This document shows positions 19,997 through 29,746 of a stretch of 64,000 nucleotides of DNA, one piece after another; the first letter of the stretch is position 1; every line of letters starts with the position of its first letter. The position numbers and the translations under genes are program-made. The notes beneath the pieces are model-generated. The model saw nothing but the letters and a program-made list of their open reading frames with translations. It made no database searches and was not told where the DNA came from. Source of the DNA: an uncultured delta proteobacterium (GTDB taxonomy: Bacteria; Desulfobacterota; Binatia; UBA9968); the NCBI GenBank assembly GCA_963803415.1, contig CAWDMI010000005.1, forward strand, positions 408,835 through 472,834, in the 5' to 3' direction.

Positions 19997-20146
19997 TTTA
20001 ACGCGTTTTCTCTTCCGCCTGATGCGAAGGGACAGGGTCGCTGGAAACCCAACGAATGACCACGATCACAAACCACACTAATAGCGTTACCAGGAGGCTA
20101 ACTCCATAAATTCCCAACGCGTATTCTAATGCATGGATGGTTTCCA
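19997..20146 (-). CDS. oadG: OadG-like small single-TM subunit (about 49 aa), below ORF-track size cut-off
   Basis: Minus-strand frame with a TTG start (SD gaggga 3-4 nt upstream) to TAA. Translation gives (M)ETIHALEYALGIYGVSLLVTLLVWFVIVVIRWVSSDPVPSHQAEEKTR, which has the OadG-like hydrophobic helix pattern. It lies 78 nt upstream of oadB. Confidence 0.45.
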
Positions 20147-20458
20147 ATAGTCCCTCGTCTCGCTTGCGCTCACACCAAAATCGACTAAGGAGTCACAGAT
20201 TCTTAGCGGAAAATGAGGTGGGTTTGAGAAGCTTTGGCGCGTGACCGGAGACTCGATCTGCGGATCCGCTGACTAATAGTCGCGACAATGACCAAGAACA
20301 AAGACTAGGAGACAACCGAAACTAAGTCAAGGCTTATGCGCGGTATCGTTCACCCGACCGTTGTGTTCTTAACGGTTCAACTTCCACGACCCCGGCGCCT
20401 TCGGTTTGACATAGCAGCGACCTTGGGTTAACAAAGCCAGCGTAAGGGGAAAATTGCC

Positions 20459-21427
20459 ATGGCCGACATCGTTTTTGCCTTTGGAAGTTCGCACGGGCCA
20501 ACCATCGAGACCCGCCCGGAGAATTGGGATGACATCGTCGCGCGCGACATGAAAGATCCCAGGTACCGCTATGACGACCTGCTGCGAAAGGCGAGCCCCT
20601 CCATCCAAAAAGAAATCACGCCTGAGCAGAAGGAGCGCCGTTGGAACGCCTGCCAAGCCTCTATTATCAAGCTGAGGACGATGCTGGCCGAGGCCAGGCC
20701 CGATGTGGCGGTGGTCGTCAGTAACCCGCACAGGATCTTGCCCGATGATACGATCGCGGTCTTCGGCGTTTTTCGGGGTGAGACGCTGGCAGGCCGAACG
20801 GCGCCGCGCGCTGAGCGTCAGAGCCAGACGCGTTATTCAGGAGTCGCGCATCCGCGCAAAGAACGTCATAGCCGCAGCTACAAGGGCTATCCGTCTTTGG
20901 CCGAACATTTGATCGCCAGCTTCGTTGACGAAGGGTTCGATATCGCGTCGATGGAGCACTATCGGCCGGAGCTCGGCATCGATGATGCTTTTACCTGCTT
21001 TTACCTGCACTACCAGATCGACGCCACTGTACCGATGGTCCCGGTCATCGTGAGCCGTTATCAGCCCAGCCAGGCGACGCCGCGGCGCTGCTTTCAATTC
21101 GGGCAAGCCTTACGGCGCGCTATTGACGCATGGCCGGAGAACAAGCGGGTGGCGCTCATGGCCTCAGGCGGCTTGAGCCATCAGATCCTCGACGAAGACT
21201 TGGACCACATGGTGATTGACGCGCTCCAGAAGAAAGACTTCGAGTGCCTGCGCACCTTGCCACGCGACCGATTGAACCTGGGACCTGGGACTCCAGAGAC
21301 CCTCAACTGGGTGGCGCTCGCGGCGGCGATGGACCCGGTACCCATGACTCTGGTGGACTATCAGCCGTGCTACCGCTCCCCCGCGGGCACCGGCCACGGC
21401 ATTACCTTCGGAGTATGGAAGACTTAG
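20459..21427 (+). CDS. Class III extradiol ring-cleavage dioxygenase (LigB family)
   Basis: 322-aa ORF with an SD aaggggaaaa. The SGGLSH motif and overall LigB-type layout are present. Confidence 0.7.
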   Translation: MADIVFAFGSSHGPTIETRPENWDDIVARDMKDPRYRYDDLLRKASPSIQKEITPEQKERRWNACQASIIKLRTMLAEARPDVAVVVSNPHRILPDDTIAVFGVFRGETLAGRTAPRAERQSQTRYSGVAHPRKERHSRSYKGYPSLAEHLIASFVDEGFDIASMEHYRPELGIDDAFTCFYLHYQIDATVPMVPVIVSRYQPSQATPRRCFQFGQALRRAIDAWPENKRVALMASGGLSHQILDEDLDHMVIDALQKKDFECLRTLPRDRLNLGPGTPETLNWVALAAAMDPVPMTLVDYQPCYRSPAGTGHGITFGVWKT

Positions 21428-21476
21428 AACCGGATCGAAAGAGCCCTGGCACAGAATTTGACCCCCTATTGAACGC

Positions 21477-22133
21477 CTACGGACTTACTTTAAACTCAAC
21501 AAGGCTCACCGTTCTTTTACTATCTGCCGCGTTAAATCTAAGCCGGATAACACTTTTTGCGCTTGGTGAATAATAGTAAGTCAGCGCTCCATGTCGCCAG
21601 CCCGCTACTTCGATCTTGAATGCATCGATTTCGCCACCCGGGGTGCGAACCTTTTCCCAACCCACCACTTTGTACTCCAGATCGGCCCACGTTGTCTGAA
21701 CGCCCTTCTTGCTGCTTTGTTTTGCTCGCTGCTCAGCGATCCGCGATGTCCAACTCTGCCCCACACTTAGAGGGAACTTTAAGTATCGTATCTCCCACTC
21801 ATCCTCCTCAGAATCAGCGGATTGATTTGCGCTACTCCTGTCGCCGAGGCCCAACAGCCGAAACGATACTATGGGGCAATCAATTTCGTCCTTACTGCTT
21901 TCTTTCACTCCGTATACTTTGGGTTTGCCCTGTACGATCATAACGAGGTATTCGGCGTAATTGACATCGCAGGAACTAGTAGAGCGACCTTGTTTAAACT
22001 CCACTGGCGACTTTACCTTCCACCAATCTCCATCTTTATAAGCCGGCGCCTCTGCTTGCTGGGCGCGAGAATGTCGCGGCCAAACAAGTAGGCACAAAAC
22101 TATCAAGGATATTGCGAGAAGAGCCGGTCTCAT
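21477..22133 (-). CDS. Secreted hypothetical protein
   Basis: Start set at ATG 22133 (MRPALLAISLIVLCLLVWPRHSRAQ), which is a signal peptide. No known domain was recognised. Confidence 0.5.
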   Translation of the reverse strand: MRPALLAISLIVLCLLVWPRHSRAQQAEAPAYKDGDWWKVKSPVEFKQGRSTSSCDVNYAEYLVMIVQGKPKVYGVKESSKDEIDCPIVSFRLLGLGDRSSANQSADSEEDEWEIRYLKFPLSVGQSWTSRIAEQRAKQSSKKGVQTTWADLEYKVVGWEKVRTPGGEIDAFKIEVAGWRHGALTYYYSPSAKSVIRLRFNAADSKRTVSLVEFKVSP

Positions 22134-22197
22134 GTCACAACTCCCGCTTTCGAGTAAAAGCACCCGCAACCATCCCGTCTCCGTGGAAATTAATCTC

Positions 22198-23253
22198 TTA
22201 TTCCAGAAACCAGTCGTGCCACAGCTTGCTGTAGCGGTCGATGCTATCGTTGTACTTAACCGGATCGATGAGAATAAACTCGAACCCGTCCCGCAATCGC
22301 GGCGGATCTGGCGGGACTTCGGGATGCGTGGGAATCCGGTTTACTTCTCGCAGGGCCTTCTGTGCACCTTCTTTAGCCAGCATGAAATCAAGAAAGATCA
22401 GCGCCGCATTGGGGTGCGGAGCGTTCTTCGCCAGCGCGCTCACGTTGCTCGCCGCAACCACGGGCTCAATATTAGCCCAATCGACCGGCGCGCCACGGCG
22501 TTGCCCCGATGCCATCCCCTGGCTGTGCATGTCGGGCGAAAGATGATCCTCGCCCGCAGCGACCAGCTGAGCCATCTGGGTATTGCCGCTGCGAATCTTG
22601 GGATTCTGAGCTCGCAGCTTTTGAAAGAACGCCTTGCCTTTTTCCTCGCCCCAATATTCCATCAAAGCCATAAACCACGGGGCATCTTCGCGCGCCAGCG
22701 CCATCTTATCCTTCCACTTCGCATCGAGCAGATCCTCGTATCGTTTGGGAACCTCGGACGGCTTGACCAAACGGGTATTGTAGCCGAGCGACGTCATCGT
22801 GACGCGGTTTGCGACCCAGTAACCTTGCGGATGAAGGAACCGCTTGTCGAATTTTTGCGCCATCGGCGTGTAATAGGGCTGGAGCATCCCCTTGCGGCGG
22901 AAGAACTCAATGCTGGAATCATTGCTATCCAGAACGTCCGCCAGAAAGCTTCTGGCTTGGAACTCTGTCGCATAGCGCTGCACTAGCCGGTCCGAACTCA
23001 GGCGCTCCACCTTGGGCTTGATGAAAGGATACCGCTTTTGAAAGGCTGCAAGAATTTGGCCGTTTGTCTCCGCCGAAAGTGTGGTATACCAGGTGAATTC
23101 ACCCTCTACCCTGGCGGCCGCTTCGAGCCGGGGTTGACGGTCGGCGCCGCGATAGAGAGCGATGTCAGCTAGACTGGCCGCACGGGCCGGGTAGCAATAA
23201 AGAGCCGAAGCGAATAAAAGCGTGAGCAAGAGCCGCGCGTTACGGAGCTTCAT
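22198..23253 (-). CDS. ABC transporter substrate-binding protein, family 1 (Fe3+-type), paralog 2
   Basis: A signal peptide is present together with the signature APHPNAALIFLDFMLAKEGAQ. The SD aaggaga lies 9 nt upstream. Confidence 0.8.
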   Translation of the reverse strand: MKLRNARLLLTLLFASALYCYPARAASLADIALYRGADRQPRLEAAARVEGEFTWYTTLSAETNGQILAAFQKRYPFIKPKVERLSSDRLVQRYATEFQARSFLADVLDSNDSSIEFFRRKGMLQPYYTPMAQKFDKRFLHPQGYWVANRVTMTSLGYNTRLVKPSEVPKRYEDLLDAKWKDKMALAREDAPWFMALMEYWGEEKGKAFFQKLRAQNPKIRSGNTQMAQLVAAGEDHLSPDMHSQGMASGQRRGAPVDWANIEPVVAASNVSALAKNAPHPNAALIFLDFMLAKEGAQKALREVNRIPTHPEVPPDPPRLRDGFEFILIDPVKYNDSIDRYSKLWHDWFLE

Positions 23254-23366
23254 AAGAATGCGTCTCCTTTTTCGACAGGAATCCCCGTCTGCATGCGGTC
23301 GATGTATACACCGGTTTCGTCAATGCACACAACCAGGAAGCACCTGACAAGCTAGGAGATATCGCC

Positions 23367-24353
23367 ATGATGAAGAAAAAGTTCTTATTGATCGCCTTTC
23401 TGCTGTTTCTCTGGCCGGTCCGGGAAATCCATCCGCAGGAGAGAGTCCGCGTAGGCTACGGCGCGATCAGCGTCCAGTCGGGACTTGTCTGGATCGCGAA
23501 GGATAAAGGACTTTTTGCCAAGTACGGTCTCGCTCCGGAAATCGTCTACATTCCAGGCGGTTCTACCAACGTTCAGGTCCTGATTTCAGGGAATCTAGAC
23601 TATTCCCAGCTCAGCGGCGCTCCCGGCGTCGCGGCGAATCTCGCAGGCGCGGACATCGTTTATATCGCCGCATTCGGCGACAGACTCAATTACCAGCTCG
23701 TGACGCGTCCGGAAGTCAAGAGCGTCGAGCAGCTTAAAGGCAAGAAATTGGCAGTCAGCCGTTTTGCATCCTCAGCCGATTTCGGGCTGCGCGCGATCTT
23801 GAAAAGACTCGGCCTTGACCCCGTGAAGGACGTCACCATCCTTCAGGTCGGCGATGAGCCGGCGCGTCTCGCCGCGGTAAAAAGCGGCAACGTCGACGGG
23901 ACCGTGATGAATGCGCCTTTCGGCACCGAAGCGCAACGGCAGAACCTCTATATTCTTGCGGATTCTCTAACGATGGGGATCCCGTTCCTTAACACCGGCC
24001 TTCTTGCGACCCGGAGATTTCTGGATCAGAACGAAGCAAAAACGCTGAATTTCATGCGCGCCTATATAGAGGCGATCAAGGTTTTCAAAACCGACCGAGA
24101 TTACTCTCTCAAGGCTCTGGCTCAGTTTACCCGGGTAAATAACGTCAAAGCTCTTGAAGAGGGCTATGAGTATTTCAAGAATACCCTCCGAGATGTTCCC
24201 TACCCTTCGTTGGAGGCGATGCAGGCAGTGGTCGCACAGATGGCAGAGACGAGCCCGAAGGCCCGGCAGGTAGATGCGGCAGCTTTTATCAGCGATCGGT
24301 ATCTCAAACAGCTCGAAAGCGACGGCTTCGTCAAGAAGGTTTGGGGAAAATAA
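23367..24353 (+). CDS. ABC transporter substrate-binding protein, NMT1/SsuA (NitT/TauT) type
   Basis: A signal peptide (MMKKKFLLIAFLLFLWPV) is followed by an NMT1-like domain (VRVGYGAISVQSGLVWIAKDKGLF...). Confidence 0.75.
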   Translation: MMKKKFLLIAFLLFLWPVREIHPQERVRVGYGAISVQSGLVWIAKDKGLFAKYGLAPEIVYIPGGSTNVQVLISGNLDYSQLSGAPGVAANLAGADIVYIAAFGDRLNYQLVTRPEVKSVEQLKGKKLAVSRFASSADFGLRAILKRLGLDPVKDVTILQVGDEPARLAAVKSGNVDGTVMNAPFGTEAQRQNLYILADSLTMGIPFLNTGLLATRRFLDQNEAKTLNFMRAYIEAIKVFKTDRDYSLKALAQFTRVNNVKALEEGYEYFKNTLRDVPYPSLEAMQAVVAQMAETSPKARQVDAAAFISDRYLKQLESDGFVKKVWGK

Positions 24354-24372
24354 CGGAGCAGCGCCGGGAAGC

Positions 24373-25329
24373 TCAACAGTTTGGAGTTTCGGGTTCGGCG
24401 AGGATCGCGTTGATTTCTTGAACCTCTTCCGCCGTGAGCTTCCAGTTGGCCGCCGTCACATTACTCAAGACGTGTCCTAATTTGGTCGCCCCGGAGATAA
24501 CTGAACATACCTGCGGTTGCGCCAGCAACCAGGCCTCGGCGAGCTCATTCAGCCCGCGCGAGCGCGCCTGCGCCCATGCGGCGAGTTTTTCGATTTTGTC
24601 ATAAAAGCGGGCAGCCATAAATTGTCTGACCTGCCGGCTGCTTTCTCCACGCGATCCTGACGGCGCGGGTTCTCCTCTTCGATATTTCCCGGTTAAAAAA
24701 CCGCCCGCAAGAGGATAATAAGGAACCAAGCCGACTTGATGCGCGCGGCAATAAGGCAGCACCTCTCGCTCCACATCTCTTTCCAAGATGTTGTAACAGG
24801 ATTGAATCACGACAAACGGACTCCAGCCGCGCATCTGAGCCAGCAAGTTGGCATGCGCCAACTGCCACGAGGCAAACGCCGAGCATCCCACGTAGCGAAC
24901 CTTGCCCATGCGCACGACGTCATCCAGAGCGCGCAGAGTCTCTTCGATCGGGGTACTCTCATCCCAGCGGTGAATGTAATACAAATCGATATGATCGTTT
25001 CGCAACCGTCGCAGGCTCGAATCTAACGCGTTCATCATATGATAGCGCGACGCTTTACCCTCATTAGGGCCACTGCCCGCGGGAAAAGCGAACTTCGTTG
25101 CGACAATAAATTTAGACCATTTTCCGGCTAGCGCCTGCCCCAATGTCTCCTCAGATTTTCCACCGGTGTACACATCCGCCGTATCGATGAAGTTGATACC
25201 CACATCTACGGCCGCGTCGATGATTCGGTTGACCTCATCTTGCGGCAACGCCGGCGATCCGAAACGATTCGCTCCCAACCCGATCACCGACACGCGAACG
25301 CCGGAAGGACCTAACAATCGATACTCCAT
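24373..25329 (-). CDS. Aldo/keto reductase family oxidoreductase
   Basis: 318-aa ORF with AKR hallmarks (LGLGANRFG...INFIDTADVY...HRWDESTPIEETL...VRYVGCSAF). Confidence 0.85.
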   Translation of the reverse strand: MEYRLLGPSGVRVSVIGLGANRFGSPALPQDEVNRIIDAAVDVGINFIDTADVYTGGKSEETLGQALAGKWSKFIVATKFAFPAGSGPNEGKASRYHMMNALDSSLRRLRNDHIDLYYIHRWDESTPIEETLRALDDVVRMGKVRYVGCSAFASWQLAHANLLAQMRGWSPFVVIQSCYNILERDVEREVLPYCRAHQVGLVPYYPLAGGFLTGKYRRGEPAPSGSRGESSRQVRQFMAARFYDKIEKLAAWAQARSRGLNELAEAWLLAQPQVCSVISGATKLGHVLSNVTAANWKLTAEEVQEINAILAEPETPNC

Positions 25330-25643
25330 GAAACCTCCTGGGGCAGCTGGCGGAAGAAATTCTTTCTGAAGCTTTGGCCCTGGGTCAAAATAAAGCGGCT
25401 TAAATTTGATTTCAACACGCTAAAGTATGAAAAAAGGCTCTCGCGCTTCGGGCGCCTCATCACGAACGGAATTTTCTCAATCATTTCAAACCCCTGTCCG
25501 TCTTTCGCTTCCCAACAAAGGCAGCCGGATTGTATAATTTTCTGGCCCGAGACAACCCCCTTGAAATACTTGAGCCTTCAGGATCATAATTAAAATGCAG
25601 AAAGAAACCCTATGTCGTGGTATTCTAATTTGAGGAGTATCTC

Positions 25644-26765
25644 GTGGTTGCCATATTGCGAAAACATTTGGCACTCCTGACAGGTCTTCTGCTAGGTGCA
25701 CCACAGTTGCTTTTAGCAGCAAGTATCGGGGACCGAAATCCTGTTGGCATGTGGCAAGGTGCAGGTACGATTCGGAGCCAAAGCAATTGGCCGAATCTCC
25801 AACCTGTGCTTCCGGCACCCCGCATGCCCCCGGCGTTGGTAAACCCACCCGCAGTAGGTGCGGTAGCTCCATTGACACCGTGGGGTTCACAGCCATTCGG
25901 ACGCGGAATAAATCCAAGACAATCAGGGCCCCGCGCTAATAGTTGGAGTTTCAGAAGCCCCGCAACCTTTTTGGGCGGTATGAGTGGGAGGTGGGTTTTT
26001 CGTCCTTTACCCCCACAACTGCGCAATCCGCACGGCTTTCATCAGCACCGACGTCCCTGGCCCATCATCGTCTATAACCCGTTCGGAGCGTACTTTTATA
26101 ACCCAGTCCCGCCCTATTTTGCGTACAATCCTTTCACCTTTTATTATGCGCCTTCGTATTTCTATAGAGGCCCCGGTTACATCTCCAGTCTCGGCTACGC
26201 CGCCGGGCCGTGGTCAGGCCCGCCCGTTTATTACGCGCCGCCTGACTCGAGCAGCAGCGAAGGCGCCGGCCAACCTGCGCCCGTTGAAAACGCCAGCGAT
26301 GGGGCTACCCAGTTCGCTCAGCAGGCCGAGGCCGCATTCAAGGCGCGTGATTACGATACGGCGACGCGCGCGTGGCGTCATGCGATCATCGATGACCCTG
26401 ATAATGGGGAACTGATGTTGCAGCTCGCTCAAGCCTTGTTTGCCACCGGTCATTACACCGAAGCCGCGGGAGCGATGCAGCAAGCGCTAGCGGTGCTGGC
26501 GCCAGAGAAGTGGGCCGCCGAGGCCAACAGCAACCTCAATCTCTACACCGATTCGCAGGATTATAGAGACGAATTAAGCGCGTTAGAGGACGCTGCCAGA
26601 AAAAACCCGAATGACCCTGCGCTGAGATTGCTGCTCGGTTTTTTGTATGGCTATTCCAGCCGCCCGGGCGACGCCTCGCGGGAACTGGACAAACTCCTCG
26701 AGCTTGCGCCTCGAGATCAAATCGGCCGAAGGTTACACGATCTTTTCGCCGAAAAAGCCAATTGA
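25644..26765 (+). CDS. Secreted Pro/Tyr/Phe-rich low-complexity protein with C-terminal TPR-like repeats
   Basis: GTG start with an SD gaggag 6 nt upstream, followed by a signal peptide. The central region has YNPF/YYAP/YFY repeats (IIVYNPFGAYFYNPVPPYFAYNPFTFYYAPSYFYRGPGY). The C-terminal roughly 150 aa are TPR-like (FKARDYDTATRAWRHAIIDDPDNGELMLQLAQALFATGHYTEA). Confidence 0.65.
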   Translation: MVAILRKHLALLTGLLLGAPQLLLAASIGDRNPVGMWQGAGTIRSQSNWPNLQPVLPAPRMPPALVNPPAVGAVAPLTPWGSQPFGRGINPRQSGPRANSWSFRSPATFLGGMSGRWVFRPLPPQLRNPHGFHQHRRPWPIIVYNPFGAYFYNPVPPYFAYNPFTFYYAPSYFYRGPGYISSLGYAAGPWSGPPVYYAPPDSSSSEGAGQPAPVENASDGATQFAQQAEAAFKARDYDTATRAWRHAIIDDPDNGELMLQLAQALFATGHYTEAAGAMQQALAVLAPEKWAAEANSNLNLYTDSQDYRDELSALEDAARKNPNDPALRLLLGFLYGYSSRPGDASRELDKLLELAPRDQIGRRLHDLFAEKAN

Positions 26766-27053
26766 GAGAAAGCTACCCACAAAGCCGGGTCCAGCGCGAA
26801 ATTTAAACCTTAGCTTCTATTGGGATTTCCGTGGTTAACCTTGGCGGAGAAAATCGCCGGAGGTTATCACCTTGAAGAACTCCTTTGCGTACTCTGTATG
26901 CCTCCTTAGAAAATTGGGTTTGGGGGTGGAGGGATATGCCTCCATTTTCATTCTCTGCGGGCGAGCGTAAGCTCATGAATCACTCTGCGGTGAGTACCCC
27001 TTCACGGTAAACCCGGAAGGGCCACGACTTATAACTGTTCACGCGGCACGGGC

Positions 27054-27452
27054 TCAGCTGGGCGGCGCATAAAGCTGCAGGAGGTTACCCTCGGTATCAA
27101 AAAAGTAGAAACCCCGGCCGCTTTGGCGGCTCACGGTCGGCGTTGTGTGGATCTTTACCCCCCACTCGCTCATCTTTCCAGCCGCACGCTCAAAGTCCTC
27201 GGCGTCCACTTCAAAAGCTTGGTGCATCGCCCCGTCTTCTTCAATAGCGTTTCGTTCTAAAGGTCGAGGACGCTGAAAAAGTACAACACTATCGTTTCCA
27301 GACCTGAGTTCCGCGCGCGCAAGTGTTTTCCCCATGTCGTCTGTGCCTCTCTTGAAAACGCTCATACCCAGCACCTCGGTATAAAATTTCACCGCTCTCT
27401 CCATATCGTCTACCGGGATCCCGATGTGGTGGACTCCCTGGGTCTTAATCAT
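27054..27452 (-). CDS. VOC (glyoxalase/bleomycin-resistance/dioxygenase) family protein
   Basis: 132-aa ORF with the VOC pattern (VHHIGIPVDDMERAVKFYTEVLG...GRGFYFFDTEGNLLQL). Confidence 0.8.
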   Translation of the reverse strand: MIKTQGVHHIGIPVDDMERAVKFYTEVLGMSVFKRGTDDMGKTLARAELRSGNDSVVLFQRPRPLERNAIEEDGAMHQAFEVDAEDFERAAGKMSEWGVKIHTTPTVSRQSGRGFYFFDTEGNLLQLYAPPS

Positions 27453-27710
27453 CTGGCACCTCCTAAACGCTCCGCGGGAAGTGGCATTTTACCATTCCTT
27501 ACAACGATGTATTGTAAGTGCTCGATCCTGTCCCAGGGTTAGGGCCAATGTCAAGAGATCATGAATTCAGGCAATGCTAGTAACAAAAAGTGGCAATCCC
27601 GTACGAAACCCGCGATCCGTCAACCAAGCGAGCCGGCATTTCCGCCGACATACAGCCCGCTTATCCTCTGGCACGGGAGTTGCTGTGATTAACTCATCCA
27701 GGAGTTCTGT

Positions 27711-28844
27711 ATGAGACCCTCAGGTATTCAAATGAGCATCAGCGCTGTAGCTTTAGGGTTGTCATTGTCCACAACCCAAGTATCAGCTCAATTCGCTGTG
27801 CCACGGAACCTATCCGCGCCGAGAGTCAAGCAAATCTGGTCCAGGAACAAGAAGTTTGTTGCTGATGTGGATTTCGACCGGAAAGTCGCCAGGATTGGCA
27901 AGGTCGATTGGCAGGGGAATATTGGCAGGACTACCCCGCTGTGGTCCATGGAGGGGACTACTTTTACGTCGGGATGGCTCACCGACGACGGCGCGCATCT
28001 GGTGGCAGGCCTAGAATCCCCCACTTCGGTTCCGCAGGACTACACCCGGGATCAAATCCTGCTGTCATTCTTTAGGCGTGGTCAACTGATCCGTCACACA
28101 AGGCTCGATGAGTTGATCACGGATTTGTCCAAGCTCCAGAAGGATGGCGCGACTTACCGGTGGGCGAGGTACGTCGAGCTGAACGTGTGCGGATATCTTT
28201 CCGTCGAAACCATCGAAGACAAAAAGTTCCTGTTTGACGTGACGACTGGAGAGATCACGGAATTTAGCGCCGAAAAGGCGTACCGCGTGACGGGTTGGGA
28301 CTCTTATCAAGACAGCTCGAGATGCTATCAATTCCAATTTCCAAGCGATTATTCTCTCAAAGAGAACCTGACCTCGCGCGGGATCCCTGCCGGGTGGCTG
28401 TTGTTAAAAAGAGCAGAAGACAAGGACTGGCTGATTGAGGCGTCGGTCGAAGACATGGCAGATTATTTGCCGGAATTCGCCAGCATGAACTTTGAAGAAT
28501 TTGTCTTCGATCGAGCACGCGCCATGTATTCCGCCGACGGCCCCGGCAGTTCCACCTATGTAACTGACGTTGTCCGCCAACGAAGATTCGTCAACCGCAA
28601 CCATCTCGACGCGATTGAATTTTTTCTCGTTGTCGCGCACGAGACCTCCGACGAAGACGGCAAGACGACAATCGAAAAAGAGACGATCGGCCCGGTTTAC
28701 GCCGTTTCGATCGCCCCGCCCGAGGCCTCCGCCCGCGTGCTATTTCTAAGACCCGCCAACGGGCGCGAAAAAGAATTCTCGCAATTAAGCCCGCCGGTAC
28801 AGACGATGGTTGATACCGTCTGGCGCTTCTCCGCAGTCCCGTAA
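27711..28844 (+). CDS. Secreted hypothetical protein
   Basis: 377-aa ORF with a signal peptide (MSISAVALGLSLSTTQVSAQ). No family was recognised. Confidence 0.5.
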   Translation: MRPSGIQMSISAVALGLSLSTTQVSAQFAVPRNLSAPRVKQIWSRNKKFVADVDFDRKVARIGKVDWQGNIGRTTPLWSMEGTTFTSGWLTDDGAHLVAGLESPTSVPQDYTRDQILLSFFRRGQLIRHTRLDELITDLSKLQKDGATYRWARYVELNVCGYLSVETIEDKKFLFDVTTGEITEFSAEKAYRVTGWDSYQDSSRCYQFQFPSDYSLKENLTSRGIPAGWLLLKRAEDKDWLIEASVEDMADYLPEFASMNFEEFVFDRARAMYSADGPGSSTYVTDVVRQRRFVNRNHLDAIEFFLVVAHETSDEDGKTTIEKETIGPVYAVSIAPPEASARVLFLRPANGREKEFSQLSPPVQTMVDTVWRFSAVP

Positions 28845-28925
28845 CCCCCACGCGGGCAATTTCTTACGACCGCCGCTGTGGCTGTCGGCCGCATATTTTC
28901 CTTTGCGGTCGCAGAGTAGTTTCTG

Positions 28926-29567
28926 TCATAGCTCTGGTTTTCGTCTCGCCCAGTATTCAGCGGAGGCCCTGGATTTAGCCAGAGCTTCCGTCGTTTCGAA
29001 CCCGGGCGCCATGCCTCCGGAAGTCCCAGCCAGCACTTGGTGGTGCTCGATGTTGAGCAGGCGCAGCCAGCTCTGCTGGCCCATGGTCAACGCGACAAAG
29101 CAACCCAGCTCGACGAGCTCGGGCTCGGAGAAATGTTCGTATAGTCGCGTCCAGAACGCGTCATCGGCATTGAGATGCCAGGTGATCGCTTCGGCGTAAG
29201 CGAGCGCTGCTTTTTGCCGTTCGTCGTAGCGCGTCGATTTCTCAAAATTGAGCAGCTCATCATACTGCGCCTCCTCGAGGCCGGCCTTGGCAGCTTTCAG
29301 CGATCGCTGGTTCCCGCAGTACTCGCAATGGATCGATCTGGAAACGTAGACGCGACAGAGTTCTTTGATGCTGTGATCACAGACCCCGTTTTTGAAAATA
29401 TCGCGCCACGAATTAGCGAACGACCAGAAGCAATCCGGCACGTGGGCGCGAATCGCGGAGCTTTCGGGACGCGGCGTCCCCTCGCGCCGGCACCGATCGA
29501 GTTCTTCGAGCATGGCTGGATCGGTCATCGTCGCCGGGTCGACATAACTGATGCGCTGCTTAGACAT
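28926..29567 (-). CDS. Carboxymuconolactone decarboxylase (AhpD-like) family protein
   Basis: Start at ATG 29567 (MSKQRISYVD...) with an SD gaggtgg. The protein has an AhpD-like fold with an HCEYC redox motif. It lies immediately downstream of the SBP and permease genes on the same strand. Confidence 0.7.
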   Translation of the reverse strand: MSKQRISYVDPATMTDPAMLEELDRCRREGTPRPESSAIRAHVPDCFWSFANSWRDIFKNGVCDHSIKELCRVYVSRSIHCEYCGNQRSLKAAKAGLEEAQYDELLNFEKSTRYDERQKAALAYAEAITWHLNADDAFWTRLYEHFSEPELVELGCFVALTMGQQSWLRLLNIEHHQVLAGTSGGMAPGFETTEALAKSRASAEYWARRKPEL

Positions 29568-29746
29568 GGCCACCTCGCTTTCCTGCCGGGGGTACTGAAA
29601 ACCCAAGCCGGTTCAGCGCCTCTCTTTTATTGCGGTATTCGGGCCATTGCAAGCCGAGGCGGCACAGCGTAACTCCCCGGCCCTGCACAGTTTCATGTCG
29701 CGCGTTTCTATCTATTCCGTGGCCTTCACCAGTCCTTAAAATTCCC

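Noticed and set aside
20000-20458. 460-bp non-coding region upstream of oadG as a possible sRNA or riboswitch locus
   Set aside because: Apart from the OadG micro-ORF, no convincing conserved structure or motif was recognisable by eye. It is most likely promoter DNA shared with the divergent LigB gene.
28926-29567. AhpD-like CMD protein as a second selenoprotein
   Set aside because: AhpD-like selenoproteins exist, but here the redox motif is HCEYC with cysteines. There is no in-frame TGA.
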